This document shows positions 1 to 13,979 of a DNA stretch of 64,000 nucleotides, piece by piece (positions within the stretch are counted from its first letter, which is position 1; each line of letters opens with the position of its first letter). The notes under the pieces are model-generated. The model saw nothing but the letters and a program-made list of their open reading frames with translations, searched no databases and was not told the origin of the DNA. The DNA lies in assembly GCF_009914755.1 (NCBI RefSeq), contig NC_060935.1. One strand, written 5' to 3'. A program made the translations under genes and the position numbers. The stretch is from the human T2T-CHM13v2.0 reference genome, Homo sapiens.

Positions 1-596
1 TATATGTGCCACATTTTCTTAATCCAGTCTGTCATTGATGGACATTTGGGTTGGTTCCAAGTCTTTGCTATTGTGAATAGTGCCGCAATAAACATACATG
101 TGCCTGTGTCTTCACAGCAGCATGATTTATACCCCTTTGGGTATATACCCAGTAATGGGATGGCTGGGTCAAATGGTATTTCTAGTCCTCAAGGATCTAG
201 TTCTAGATCCTTGAGGAATCGCCACACTGTCTTCCACAATGGTTGAACTAGTTTACAGTCCCACCAACAGTGTAAAAGTGTTTCTATTTCTCCACATCCT
301 CTCCAGCACCTGTTGTTTCCTGACTTTTTAATGATTGCCATTCTAGCTGGTGTGAGATGGTACCTCATTGTGGCTTTGATTTACATTTCTCTGATGGCCA
401 GTGATGATGAGCATTTTTTCATGTGTCTGTTTTGAGAAGTGTCTGCTCATATCCTTCGCCCACTTTTTGATGGGGTTGTTTGATTTTGTCTTGTAAATTT
501 GTTTAAGTTCTTTGTAGATTCTGGATATTAGGCCTTTGTCAGATGGGTAGATTGCAAAAATTTTCTCCCATTATGTAGGTTGTCTGTTCACTCTGA
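1..596 (-). mobile_element. L1PA ORF2 C-terminal region (non-inverted part of a 5'-inverted L1)
   Basis: Reverse complement of L1 ORF2 3' sequence; near-identical to the L1 at 61920-62280. Confidence 0.95.
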
Positions 597-1650
597 ATGA
601 CTTTGATGAGTTGAGAGAAGAAGGCTTCGGAAGATTGATAATAACAAACTTCTCCGAGCTAAAGGAGGATGTTCAAACCTGTCACAAAGAAGTTAAAAAC
701 CTTGAAAAAAGATTAGACGAATGGCTAACTAGAATAAACAGCATAGAGAAGACCTTAAATGACCTGATGGAGCTGAAAACCATGGCATGAGAACTATGTG
801 ACGAATGCACAAGCTTCAGTAGCTGATTCGATCAACTGGAAGAAAGGGTATCAGTGATTGAAGATCAAATGAATGAAATGAAGCAAGAAGAGAAGTTTAG
901 AGAAAAAAGAGTAAAAAGAAATGAACAAAGCCTCCAAGAAATATGGGACTATGTGAAAAGACCAAATCTACATCTTATTGGTGTACTTGAAAGTGACGGG
1001 GAGAATGGAACCAAGTTGGAAAACACTCTTCAGGATGTTATCCAGGAGAACTTCTCCAACCTAGGAAGACAAGCCAACGTTCAAATTCACTACAAAACAC
1101 GACAAGCCAGAAGAGAGAGGGGGCGAATATTCAACCTTCTTAAAGAAAAGAATTTTCAACCCAGAATTTCATATCTAGCCAAACTAAGCTTCATAAGTGA
1201 AGGAGAAATAAAATCCTTTACAGACAAGCAAATGCTGAGAGATTTTGTCACCACCAGGCCTCCCTTACAAGAGCTCCTGAAGGAAGCACTAAACATGGAA
1301 AGGAACAACCGGTACCAGCCACTGCAAAAACATGCCAAATTGTAAAGACCATCGATGCTAGGAAAAACTGTATCAACTAACGAGCAAAATAACCAGCTAA
1401 CATCATAATGACAGGATGAAATTCACACATAACAATATTAACCTTAAATGTAAATGGACTAAATGCTCCAATTAAAAGACACAGATTGGCAAATTGGATA
1501 AAGAGTCAAGACCCATCAGTATGCTGTATTCAGGTGACCCATCTCATGTGCTGAGACACACATAGGCTCAAAATAAAGGGATGGAGGAAGATCTACCAAG
1601 CAAATGGAAAACAAAACAAAAAAAAAGCAGGGTTGCAATCCTAGTCTCTG
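595..1650 (+). mobile_element. L1PA ORF1, inter-ORF spacer and ORF2 start (inverted segment), degenerate
   Basis: ORF 854-1345 is L1 ORF1p (EQSLQEIWDYVKRPNL...KHAKL*) with upstream stops and an internal deletion; ORF2 start ATGACAGGA follows at ~1408. Confidence 0.95.
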
Positions 1651-4600
1651 CTGTTAATTTTTTTTAACCATAAATCTGAATAGGTCTTCATTTCAATTTT
1701 TTTCTCATGAATTAATGGGTTATTGAAGTAAATGAAAGGCAACTTTAAGGATGTCAATTCATGTATTCATTGAGTAAATATTTATTAAGTGGCTAAAATG
1801 TGGCAGACATGTTCTAAGCAGAGATGGTGACATGATAGAAAAAAATGAAATTTCATAAAGATAAAATTGGCCGTATGTTCATAGAAATAAAATGAGATCA
1901 TTAAAATAAATAGTAAATGACTATATACTGTGAAACTGTGTGATTATAGAAATTTGTGGGACTTTGGGACAAAATCGACCTGATGCATACTTTAAGGAAG
2001 AGAATTTGTCAAGATATATGAGTGAGGTGGAGATTATTAAGCTTATATCAGGAAGCCACTAGTGTTTACTGTTATACATTAATTCAATGTATTATTTACT
2101 TTTGCTAATTGGAAATTGATTACTGTGATACAAGATATATAATGATCAAATAGAAAAATAATAAAGTTAAAATTTTGAACTAATAATTATGGATCTGACA
2201 AAATTGAATGCTCACATTTAGATAGCACATGTTTCTGGTTGAATAGGCCAAGGTTTCTAGGGAGCTTTCTGAACTGTATTTTTCAGTTTATTTAATGAAG
2301 GAGAGTAATATTTAGACTTTGTTGCATATAAAAATAAAAAGCAGTTATTGGTTATTAACTTATCCCCCAATAGCAAAACTTACGCTCCAAATACGTTTCT
2401 GTTTACTTGCTAGCTCTCGATTGGTTTACAGAGTCCATGTTTCCATGAAAGATGGAAATCTAAGTTTATAACCATTTACTCAGGAATAAATACAAGGCTA
2501 TATTATTCTATCTATATATCTCTAAATATTTAATTTATGGTGCTCAATACCTCTTGTTCATTTCTCTTCCTTCTAATGCGCCATTGATAGTTTATACCTA
2601 ACTTAAAGGCATTTAAGTTGAAGACAATTTTCTTTGGATTGCTTCAGGAATGGAGGAAAGATTCTGAAAACAAGTGTTGAGAGAAAATCAATTTTTCTTA
2701 TTTAAAAGGCTCATGAAAACGGTCACTATGGAAACAAGACATGAGTCCATGGAACATCAAGAGATCAGAAGAGAGGTCTTGAGGTGAGACTCTCAGTCTT
2801 AAATTTGGAAATTTGACATAAATTTTAATCCTCATTTGATGATAACTTCTTTATAAATTCTGAGGTTTATTTTAGATTACATAGCCCTTGGATTTTTAAA
2901 TTTCTGCGTAATTCTCTGTGACATTTGTTTTTTCTTCTTCTTCCTTCTTACCTTCCTTCCTGTCTTCTTCACACACTTTATTCTCACACTCTCTCTTTTT
3001 CTTCTTTCCTCCCTCCCTCCCTTTCTTCCGTATCTCCTATTTAAATGTCTTTTTCTCCTCTTTCTTCTTTTCCTGCCATTGTTCTTCATTGTTTTGAGTG
3101 ACAATGTGACATGCAAAAAGAAAGGAGATGACAGAAAACTTTCTTGGCTTTTCCTTTTTTATTTTTCCAATTTCTTATTTTTTAATTTGTATTTATTTAA
3201 TTTTTGAAATTTCATATTTCTTGACCTAAAATATTGTAGTATTCTGTCACTGTTTGCATACAATGGAGATGCTTATGAAATACTGTCTAAAGATTTCCAT
3301 TCATAGTAACAGTGGTCAGCTTCTGGATATGTGCAGAAACCAGTGTTAATGAGAGAAAAAAGTTAGAAGGGTTTTTTTGTTTGTTTGTTTATATTAACAA
3401 AAATACATTTAACCACTTGGTCTTTGGAGGATGTAGGATGGAGGGAGGCCATCTATTAGTTTTCAGGGAAAAGGACAGGTATATTGCTTCTAATTTTTCC
3501 TTTGAGGTGGTCTGCCAGACTAATTAATGTTAGAGGTAGCAAGCGGGTAATAGCCCTAATAGAGAACTCACCATAGTGGATGGGGGCTACCACCATTACC
3601 GACCTCAGTCAATTGACCTAGGCCTCTGGTCATTTCTCTGGAAATGACATAATATACACCCTCTCTCAAAATCACATTCAGAAAGGTTTTTTATAGCAAC
3701 CTAGTTATTGTCATTCTTTAGAAATAAAGCACTGTCAGTTCAATTCACAGGATGACTTGGCTAGTAGAGAGTTCCAGACACATTCCCTTCTAGCGTTCTA
3801 TGATCTACAGATAAGCCTACAAATCTCTTGGCTTTTCTACACTCAAAATATTACTAAGAAGTGGGGAAAACAATACACTGTATTAAAAATAGAAGTGTGA
3901 GCAATAATTGGAAAATGGATTGCTTAAATATTCTAGGTAGTTCAGAGTAAACTCATAAATAGTTATGAGCTTAAATGTAATTTTTTAAAATTTTAACACT
4001 TGCTTGAGGATATCCTTATATAGTTATATATGAATAAAATCGAAAAATGTGTAGTTGAAAATCATCATTAGCCACTGTATTTACAAATATAGGAAATAAT
4101 TTAGAAAACAATTTCAAGTAAAACAATTAAAAGCTAGGATTTTGCGTATAACGTATATGCAACTAGACTTTCAGAACCTTGAGGTTATTGCTCTTTGTAA
4201 CCTCTATACATAGCACATAACAACTGCTCAATTAATATTTGCTTAAGAAGTACATGGATGCACAGAAGTACATATATATATTAACAGTTGAAAACAAAAC
4301 GCAAAAAAAATTCACTTAATTTTGAATTTACTGGACAATAAATATTTGTCATCCTATTTGTTTTTGCATCAAATATTGAATAAATTATCTTGTAATATTT
4401 TGAACATTTTAATTCCCTATATATTTTTATATCATGAATTGCTAATATGACTTTTCTTTTTAAAATTTTTCTAGAAATGCTGTAATGTCTACTTGAGATT
4501 TTATAACAAATATTTTATTCTGGTATATGTGAATTAAGTATGTCAATATTCAAGATTTACACAGTTTAAGAGTCAATGGGGAAGAGTGTTTACAGAGTTA

Positions 4601-4693
4601 GGATGCAGCATAAGATAACTGGAAATAGCACAAGTTTGGGGTTCTAGGATATGATTTTACATATTGGAGTTGCTATTTTAAAATTGTATGGTA

Positions 4694-4983
4694 GGCAGGG
4701 TGTGGTGCCTCATATCTGTAATCTCAGCATTTTGGGAGGCTGTGGTAGGAGAATCACTTGAGGTCAAGCGTTCAAGAACAGCGTGGGCAACATAGCAAGA
4801 CACCATCGCTACAAAAAAATAAATAAAATTAGCCAGGTGTGGGGATTCACATATGTAGTCCTAGCTACTGGAGAGGCTGAGACAGGAGGATTTCTTAACC
4901 CCAGGAGTTTGAGGTTACAGTGAGCTGTGATTGCCACTGCATAGCCTAAGCAACAGAATGAGAACCTGCCTCTTAAAAAAAAT
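4694..4983 (+). mobile_element. AluJ-like element
   Basis: Dimeric Alu, diverged, A tail, flanking 'tatggta' repeat. Confidence 0.9.
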
Positions 4984-5284
4984 ATGGTAAGTGCTAACAA
5001 CTTCACCTCTTTGGGTCTCATCAGTTACTTCCCATAGTTGATACGAAGAATATTTGAGAGATATGTCTATTTTTGACATAAAGTATGCCTTAAAATTTTT
5101 ACAAATCTGAAATGGGGGTATCCATTGGGAAAAAAATTCTCATTCTCAGAAGGGGTAAACAGGGCATTAATTCTCATGTTGACAAATTGTGCTTTACTTG
5201 ATAAAATGTCACCTACACTCATGTCTATGTCATTTGTACCAAATTAATTTAAAATAAATACAAAGGATGTAAAAAAGACTGAAG

Positions 5285-5431
5285 AGTGGTTCTGAATCTT
5301 GGCAGTACATTAGCACCATCTGTGAAACTTTTTAAACATTCCTTGAGGCCTCACCTGCTATCAAGTAAGTCAGTGGTTTTAAAAGATCTCCCATGTGATT
5401 CTAACATGTAGCCAAAGTTCAGAATCCTTGC
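5285..5431. mobile_element. MER5A-like hAT-Charlie MITE
   Basis: agtggttctgaatcttggc...gtgattctaacatgtagccaaagttcagaatcc resembles MER5A termini. Confidence 0.65.
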
Positions 5432-8400
5432 ACTAAAAAGTCTATGTATCTGAACTAGTTTATGCTACTTTAGAATCTAGCTTGTGAAAATCTGGATTAA
5501 TTGCTAGAACACATTAATTTATTTGTTAAAAGTGTGTTTGGTAACCACTACATGCTAGACACAATAGCCAGTACAGAGAATGCATAAAATAAAATGCCTA
5601 AGAAGAGTTTGCATTATATAAGGCAACCTGATGAGGCAGAAACCTAATGAATAATCGCCATATAATATGACATGCTAGGGCTTTTTAGCAAAGTTTTATG
5701 GTAGCTGAAAGACATGGTGTCCAGTCTTTCAAGGGAGTTGGGCAGGCAGTGTTTCACTGGAGTTAATCTTGAAGGGTAAACATGCATTCATTAGAGGGAA
5801 AAAAAGGAGATTAATATTAAATGTCTTTCAAAACAATAAAGAGTCATGATAAAAGGGAAAAAGGGGAATTAGAGATTAGTGAGAACTTCTACTCTTTCTG
5901 AATATTCTGAAGATATTCATTCCAATATAACGTTTAGAAAGCCCAGTGTTTCCTAGTTCCTGGGACTTGAATTATCAGGTTCAATTTCATTAAAGGACAC
6001 ATTTAAGTTGAATGATGCCTGGATCTAAAGTGCTTACTAAATTATTATAAGCTAATAATAACTAACATTGTATGATTACAAGGCACTGTTCTGATGGCTT
6101 AGCAGGAGTTAACAAGTTAATACTAACAATGGCTTTATGAAGTAGTCGTCACTAATCTTTCTCTCTACTTATAAATAAATAAACTAAGGTACAGAAAGCT
6201 TAAATAGTCAATACACAACTAGTAAGCAACACAGCCAAGTGTCAAATCCATGCAGATTGGCTTCAGAGATCATGCTTTTACTCATGTGCTACAGTGTGTT
6301 AAATGCTCACCATGTACCAAGCTCTGAACTTTGCAAGTGTAACTAATTTAGTCTTCCCAATAAGTTAATAAGCTACAGAACTAGCATTTTTTCCCATTTT
6401 ACAGACAAAAACACTAAGAAAGAGAACTGAATGATTTACTGCTTCAACAAGCACATGGGCTCTCGATCTATCCATCAATGTTTCTGATAGATCTGTGTGT
6501 CTAGCCCAGCTCAACATTCTTACTTAATCTTAAAGAGGTATAAAAAGCAAATATTTAGTAACATAAATAAGCTCTCACCTCATCAATTTTCGAAATTCTG
6601 GCTTTCATTGCTTACTACATAATTTAAAATAATTACTGGCTTTAGCTCAATTAATTGCTTCTAGGAAATGTAACACTGAAAAACAACATAAATTTCCCAA
6701 ATCACTAGAGTTACAGTGTGTTAAACATAATGTTAGATTTCAGGTGGCTTAGAGTCCTCAAGACTAAATGTATTATAAATACTTGCAACAGCTATATCTA
6801 AGCCATTAAGAGCATAATTGTCTTTTGTATATATAGTGAAACATTCCCAGCAATTCTATTGAGCAATGAGTCTGAGGTTCTGGTTGGAAGGACAAAAACT
6901 TCTGTATACCCTTACTTGGTCATTTACATGCATTTCAGAATACTGCTGCCATTTTACTTAACCTATTTTTTATTGTAAGTGAAAAATTTTACTATCTTTG
7001 CCAAAAGTATTGATGAAGAATTACTACAAGACCTGGTCTTATAATTTAAATATATTTACAAAGAGATGAGCTCTACTAGACTAGAAAGTAGTTTTCAAAT
7101 TTCCGAGTATCTTAAAAAGTGGACTTTATGTCCCAGGCTATGTTTAGTGTCTTGGTCATGCTAATGTGGGATGTAAATAACTGGAAATTAAAATAAACTA
7201 ATCCTCATTCCCATCATCATCATCATTACCACCAAATACCCTGTACTTGCCACATTTCAAGGACTGTACAATTGCTTCACATCCATTATTGTTTATCTTA
7301 GCAACCTCTACATAGGTACTATTATTCACATTTTACAGAAAAAAACAAAACAAGAAATTTCCTGTTAACATAAAAACAGAATTTAGAAAAGGATTTTCTT
7401 TTGTTATATATGACCCTTCCTAGTAATCCAACACCGTTATTCAAATTCTTGCCTATACATCACATTGTACTGGAACAAAGAGAGTCATATTGTGAGGAAA
7501 TGTGAGGGAAAAAAGGACCACGATTTGCTGAGACTTTATAGCACTTTTGATTTCCAGAGTGACTTTATGTATAACAAAGAAAGTTAGGTATTTTTTACAT
7601 TACCTTTTTGATTTTCCCATTTCCAGATAAGGAAAGGAGGTTCCAAGGTTCAGCAGCTTGTCCAAGTCCCCTATTCAAGAAAGAGCCAAAATTCAGTTTC
7701 CAAATGCAATCAGTTAGGACTGAAATCCAGTGTACATTCTGCCTCACCCTTGGATGAGTGCTCTGTGTCTTCACCTGGGATATAAAGGAAGTCCTTTGCC
7801 CCTTGTGATGAGACAGTTACACATACACACGCACACACTATATTTTGTGCACCCAGAGTGAAGATGAATATCTCTGTGTTTGCCATACATGTGCCAAGAG
7901 TCTGCTTGGACAGAGGACTTCATCTTGGAAAACACTGTCTAAAGGAGTTGCAGTTCCAAAGCACTAAAAGACTAAATACTTTTCTTACTGTATTTTTTAC
8001 CAAGTATCATAACAAAAATTAATTCACAGGGCTATATTTATAGGTCTGTCCTCCCTGAAGAATAGAGAGATGAATAAACATAGATTCATAAATAACAACT
8101 TCTTTGAATTAAATTTCCATGGTTTGTCTAGATCTTAAATTGAAGTTTTATATAAGAGTGCGTAATATAAAAAAGGTTCCTATTTTTGCTATAAAATCCC
8201 TGCTGAAGACACTGAGTTTTTAGGGACCATGTATATAAGGGTCTATATAATAGTACTAGTATTTAGTAACAGCAGCAAGAATAAAATTCTTTCTATGAAC
8301 AGACTAAATTTCTTATATTAGATAATGATGTAACTAAATATTTTCTGGTAAAGCACTTAGTCAATATGATAGGAGTATTTGTCATTTCCTTTTTCTGCAT

Positions 8401-11400
8401 GGCTTTCATTTTCCATTCTTAATAACATATTTAATTGACTCATTCACATCTAGAAAGTTGCCAGATTAAATTTAGTAAATAAAATTAGATAAAATTACCT
8501 TCATTTGGGAGTTGAACAAGCTGAGCTACAGTTAAGGTTTGTCAAGCTCTACTTCATCTACCCCACTGTCTTTTCAGTTTCTAAAGCACAGCAAATGTTG
8601 TTCTGCCTCAGAGTTCCATATATTGTTCCCTCTGCCTGTAAACCCCCTTAATTTTCTTCCCACTCTTTGATCAGCCACCCCTTGTTGATCACATCTCTTA
8701 ACTCAGACAGAAACATAGACATATGTCACATTTTTTTGCATAATAATACACTTTTTTAGGTCTTGATTTAATATTTGTCTTAGAGTTATTTTTAATGTTC
8801 AATTAAAACAAGATACCAGGCCCCCTCCTCATGCCCTGCTATTCTTTATAACTGTACCTTGTTCTTCATTTTATTTCCCATAAATTGTGACACATCAGTT
8901 AGTTTATTCATGTGTTCCTTACTTTAAGCCTCACAGGACAGGAGACGAATTCTATTTCATCCATCATTTTATCCCCAACACCTAGCCATTCCTGGTACAT
9001 GATAGTTTAATAAATATTTAATAAATGGTATGAATGAATAAATTTAAACACATATGCACTCACACACATATATGTAATAACTTTAAGTTTTCTAAGGCCA
9101 AGTAAGTATATGTTAATATTTTGTGTATCATTCTATTATAGTGTTTTGTACAGTAACTGGCAAAAAAATATAGCAATAATAAATGTTTAACGAGTGTTCA
9201 TTAAATTGTTAAAAACATTCAAAAATTTTTAAGCCACTTATAACCTTTTATTTAATGAGCTCAGATAACCACATACTTGCAAAACATTTAGAATTTATAT
9301 AACCCCCTTGAAGTCTAGAACATGAGCTAGCTAAGTCTGAGAATCACAAATGCAAAAACACAATTTAAGAAGTAGGTAAGTGTGCCCATATTTGGAAAAG
9401 GTGCTGTCACTCAGTAGTCTTTCAGACCTCCTGCAAACATTCACATGATTTACCATCAGTGTTGCCAACTTGTACAATGAAGGGCAGCATATAACAGGTG
9501 TACCTCTATTTTCATAAATATTCATTTAAATATTCCAAATATTTATTGAGAGGACTTAGGCTTTTACTCAGTGAAATCAGAAGGTACTGGAGAGATTTGA
9601 TTTAAGATAAATTCTTTAAAAGATCACTCTGGATGCTGTGCTGAATGTAGCCTGTACTAGTTTGGAATTTATTCCTGTGAGGCAGGTAAAAGATGATAGT
9701 TGATGGATTCAACAGGTTCTCTGTGAAGGTGGTTAGAAGTGGTAAGATTCTAGGATATATTTGAAAGGCAGAGCTAACAGGATTTCATGACAAATTCTCA
9801 CATATAAGGACAGAAATGAATGGAGATTTCAAGTTTTAAGCTTGATCAATTCTGAGAATGACTGTGTTTTCCATTCTTTTTTTCTACTGTTCTACATAGG
9901 AATTAAAATATTTTGTTCATTAATAGCTCATCCTAAGGCAAAAGTTATACCCTTGAGCAATTTATAATCAGAACTTACTATTGGAATGTAAAACATTGTT
10001 TCTATATCCCTTTTAATTTTAATTTTGCCTAATTCAGCACTTTACAATTATGAGATGAAGCTATATTTTAAAATGTCACTGAGCAATTTTAAGATTATAT
10101 AATCACGTTTTACTTCTCATCTGAAAATTTAACTATTGTTCAACATGGAGAATGTCCTTCACATTTTAGCCTTTAGAGCATAGGAAGTCGATATGTATTG
10201 GTAAGCAGGTATTACATTTACGGAGTGCTTTGTCATTTTTTGACATGCTTTGACATGTCTTATGTCATCCCACTCTCGTCATAACACTGGAAGACAGGAG
10301 AGAAGGAAATATGTGTAGGAAATTGAAAAGTTTAAGTGACTGAGTGGACAACATTCACTACACAACATTCACTTCTTTCTCATTCACTAATGTATTTTGA
10401 TCCAGCTCCAGCTGATGGAGAAAAACTGGGAGCTTGGAGTGCTCTATGCTCACTCAAAGCTAAATGTCTCATACAAAAACCCAAATTTGACCTTATCTTT
10501 ATTGTTAATGCCTCAGAAAATTGGATAAACAAATCACTGTATTCATCAGACTTAATCACATCACCAGAGTCATCTAGTCATGTCACCCTCCATTTTCTTG
10601 CGAACTCACTATTTTTTGTATTTTCTCACCTATGCCATCTTTCTATTTTCTCATCTATGCCATCTTTCTTTCTTTCTTTCTTTTTTAATTAAGGAAGCTC
10701 ACTCACAGCTTTCCTGGCCTCTCTCCAAAGTACTAAAACTTGTTTTGTGAATTGCAGTCAAAGAAATACAAAAAGTAACAATGATCCCATCAGTAGACGT
10801 GAAAATGCAAGAAGAAAGATGCCATTGTAAAACTCAACAAGGTGTGGTAGATAGATCTCTTTTTCTTGTTGTTAAATCCTGAAGCTATCAAACAATAACT
10901 TACCTTATTGACAAGGGTCTGGTGGAAAATCTAATGAGCATTAGTAATGAATGCATCAGCATCAATCCCCTTGACTTTAGTGCACTCATCTTTTCATCTT
11001 TGATCCAGCTGCTGAAAGCACCTGGTTCCCAAAATTCAGCTAGGGAAATACAACGGGAATAATAATCATATTGCTGCAATGTCTTTCTTTTCTTTAAATT
11101 AAGCCATGCAAGTAATTTATACCAATCTCCTTTTCAGAGGCAGAAACGAAGTCTGTTTTTGTATTTAAAGATTACCTCAGCATAGCTGACAATCCTGGGC
11201 AGTTATGGGGGTGGTGAAGGAAGGGAAGCAAAGTCATTTGAGAAAGTAAAGACATTCAACTGCCAACGAAGAATAAATTTTAACGGATGTAGGAAGAATC
11301 GTTTGTAAGAAGTGCAGAAAATGCAAAATGGTATTGTTAATAAGTAACATCATTAGAGGCCGTTCTTTCTAACCAGTCACACCTCTGAATCATCTCGGGC

Positions 11401-11619
11401 TTCCCTGACTTCCTAGCTTTCTGTACCCTCCAGCAGTGACGCCCCTTCTCCCAATCATTGTCAGGGGTTTAAGTGCCATAGTCAAAAAGAACCTTATTAT
11501 CTACCTGCTCCCCAGCTTCTCTCTGAGTGACACACCACCCACGCCTCCTCCGCACAGCTTTCCTCCTCCCATGGCTCCCAGAGGGAATGTGAGGAGCAGG
11601 AGAGGGAGACCAAGGCTAC

Positions 11620-12070
11620 CCTCGCCTGAACCCCGAAACGACGAGGCTTTAAGACCCTTATTCACCCACTGAGTCTATGCCCTGGCCGTTCTGCCAACCC
11701 CCGCCGCGCGCTGCAGGAGTATAAGCCAGCCCTGCTCTGCGCTTCCAGCTGCGTCTGCCCAAGCGCGGCACGTGCTCCCGGCACTGGCGCGAGAGAGCGA
11801 GCGCCACCGCCGCGGGCCCCGCAGCCGTTCTGCCTGCTGTCACCGCTGCCTCCATCGCCGACACTAGCGCTCCAGCTGCAGCCAAGGCCGCTACGAAAGC
11901 GCAGGAAGCCCTCGAGGAGCGGCTGCCTGGGGGCGCAAGGCTCAGGGCGCACACCTGGTAAGCGCAGCGCCTTTTTCTTTCTCTTGTCTGTAGTTACCAC
12001 GAATATAGGATACCACTGGAGCCCCTCCCCCAGTGCAGGGATGGAGAGCGATCAAGCAAAGGGCGGCAGC
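11620..12070 (+). promoter_or_regulatory. CpG-rich distal promoter and non-coding first exon (exon 1A-like, ~11750-11957)
   Basis: Dense CpG/GC in an AT-rich background; TATAAG at 11720-11725; donor CTG|GTAAGC at 11957/11958. Confidence 0.7.
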
Positions 12071-12384
12071 TGGGGCTAAAAAGACCCAGGAGGGCAAGTG
12101 GTGAGCAGGTGGAGGGCTGGTAGAGCCAGGAACGCTACGAGGTCCTGCAAGTTTAGAAAAGTCACCCTGCAAGGACATGTGCTGTGTGAATCAGACATAA
12201 ATTTAAGTCAGGAGCCTGGGCTACCGCGGTATCGCTCCAATGGGAGGTTTATGAAGATCATTTTGCTTTTATTTGCATAAGTGAGGGATTTAAGTGGGCT
12301 TGTTTCCATAGAAAACGAACTAAAAAAAAAAAACTCAGAGGAGGAAAAAATAAAGATCCGAGCCAAAGGATACGTTTGGATCTT

Positions 12385-12413
12385 TCTCTCTGTGTGTGTG
12401 TCTCTCTCTCTTC

Positions 12414-12451
<38 letters not shown>
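12385..12451. repeat. Compound (TC)n/(TG)n microsatellite
   Basis: Directly visible. Confidence 0.95.
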
Positions 12452-12452
<1 letters not shown>

Positions 12453-12785
12453 ATGCCAATACATGTGCACGAAAGGCAAGGATTTAGGAAGGGAGATGGG
12501 CTCCTCTATCTTTGAGCCCATTAGGTGTTTGGGGGAGCTAATAAGAGCAGTTGCTGGTGTTTCACCCCAAAAAGAGGCAGCAAAGAAGGGACCCGATTGG
12601 GTGTAAATTTCAGTGTTCCATTTCTAAAAGGACTATAGTACTAGGAGGGAGAGGTTTTCTGGAACTGTGGGTCATGTAAAGATGGTACACCTGCAACTCT
12701 GGACCTATAAACTCAAGTTCATATACTCCCAGTGGAGCTAGGAAGACATGTTTACTCTTGGTTCCTTTATGGAACTTTGGCAAAA

Positions 12786-12789
<4 letters not shown>

Positions 12790-12876
<87 letters not shown>
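12790..12876. repeat. (TC)14-(AC)15A-(GA)14 compound microsatellite
   Basis: Directly visible. Confidence 0.95.
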
Positions 12877-12884
<8 letters not shown>

Positions 12885-13404
12885 GAAATGAATACAGGAA
12901 AGAGAAGGGAGCTGAATATGACTGAATAGGCTGAGTGGGGTAGTAGAAGGAACAAGAACAGGGTGATCGGGTTTGGCATCACTGCGTTCATTCATTTCTA
13001 CCCTAGGTAGTTCCTGGGCAGATCTCTAGAGAAACATGACCTTGAACAAGCCCCTTAACCTTCATGTACTCAGTTTCTCTATTGAACAATGTAGAGGATC
13101 TTCTGCATTTGGGGACACGAAGGTCCCATGCCGTAGTGTCTATGTATGTGTTTCAAGATCTGCATACTAAGAAGTAAGAACACTCATAAAATATGGATAA
13201 AGGAAGCTTCAGGGGATTCTTCCTCAAAGTACTGAAGGCAGTTGGCAAGATCCTGACTGTGCTGTTGGGATAATGCATGCTGAGAGGTCTGTGGAAATGA
13301 GTGAGGAAAATCCAACCTCCAGCCTGTAGTGCAGTGAACTTGGAGTTCTGAGAGCTGTTTAGAAATGTTCAGATCCAGAGAGCCTAAAGTCATATGCTAT
13401 TTTT

Positions 13405-13474
13405 TTAGTGTTTTATTATTTATTTATTTTTATTATACTTTAAGTTCTAGGGTACAAACCTGCACGTTGTGAAC
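13405..13474 (-). mobile_element. ~70-bp L1PA 3'-terminal insertion with internal inversion and 18-bp TSD
   Basis: TSD aagtcatatgctattttt at 13387-13404 and 13475-13492; T-rich tail, then tattatactttaagttctagggtaca (antisense L1 end), then aacctgcacgttgtg (sense L1). Confidence 0.9.
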
Positions 13475-13979
13475 AAGTCATATGCTATTTTTAAGGTTAG
13501 CATTGACGAAGAAGGTTTGGTGGCAAGGAAAATAAGTGCCAATCCAGTTTAAAGATTAGGTAGTCAGGGCAGCAAGAAGAAGGTTTTAGAGTAAAACATA
13601 AATGCAATGTAATCTGGGCAGAGGGGTTAGGAAGAAGAAGATCATGGATATTCCTCCTGAGACAAGGATGTCTACACTCCTAGGAGACAACTGGGACCTA
13701 CCATGTCCTTGACACTCTTTCCACCTGTCTGAGGAAGGCACAGGTGCCCTTTCTCACTTAATACAGTTTTATTCTTAGAATTTAGGGATTTGTATCCCAG
13801 GTGCTGAGATATGACGGTAAATATGTGAAAACTAAGACCTGGGAGTGCCTCCAACTTCCTTGCCATGTGAGCATCTGTTTGCAGAGCTGGTCTACCCATC
13901 CAGATTCACCCAGAAGTCTATGTTCCTAAAGGAACTCACTGTGCCACTTGGTGGCACCAAAAAGTTGCGCAAAGAACTG

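Noticed and set aside
854-1345. L1 ORF1p fragment as a functional or domesticated gene
   Set aside because: No promoter, upstream stops, and a deletion through the RNA-binding region.
10348-10670. Short tandem duplications (acaacattcact x2; tca.ctatgccatctttct x2)
   Set aside because: Ordinary slippage products with no sign of function.
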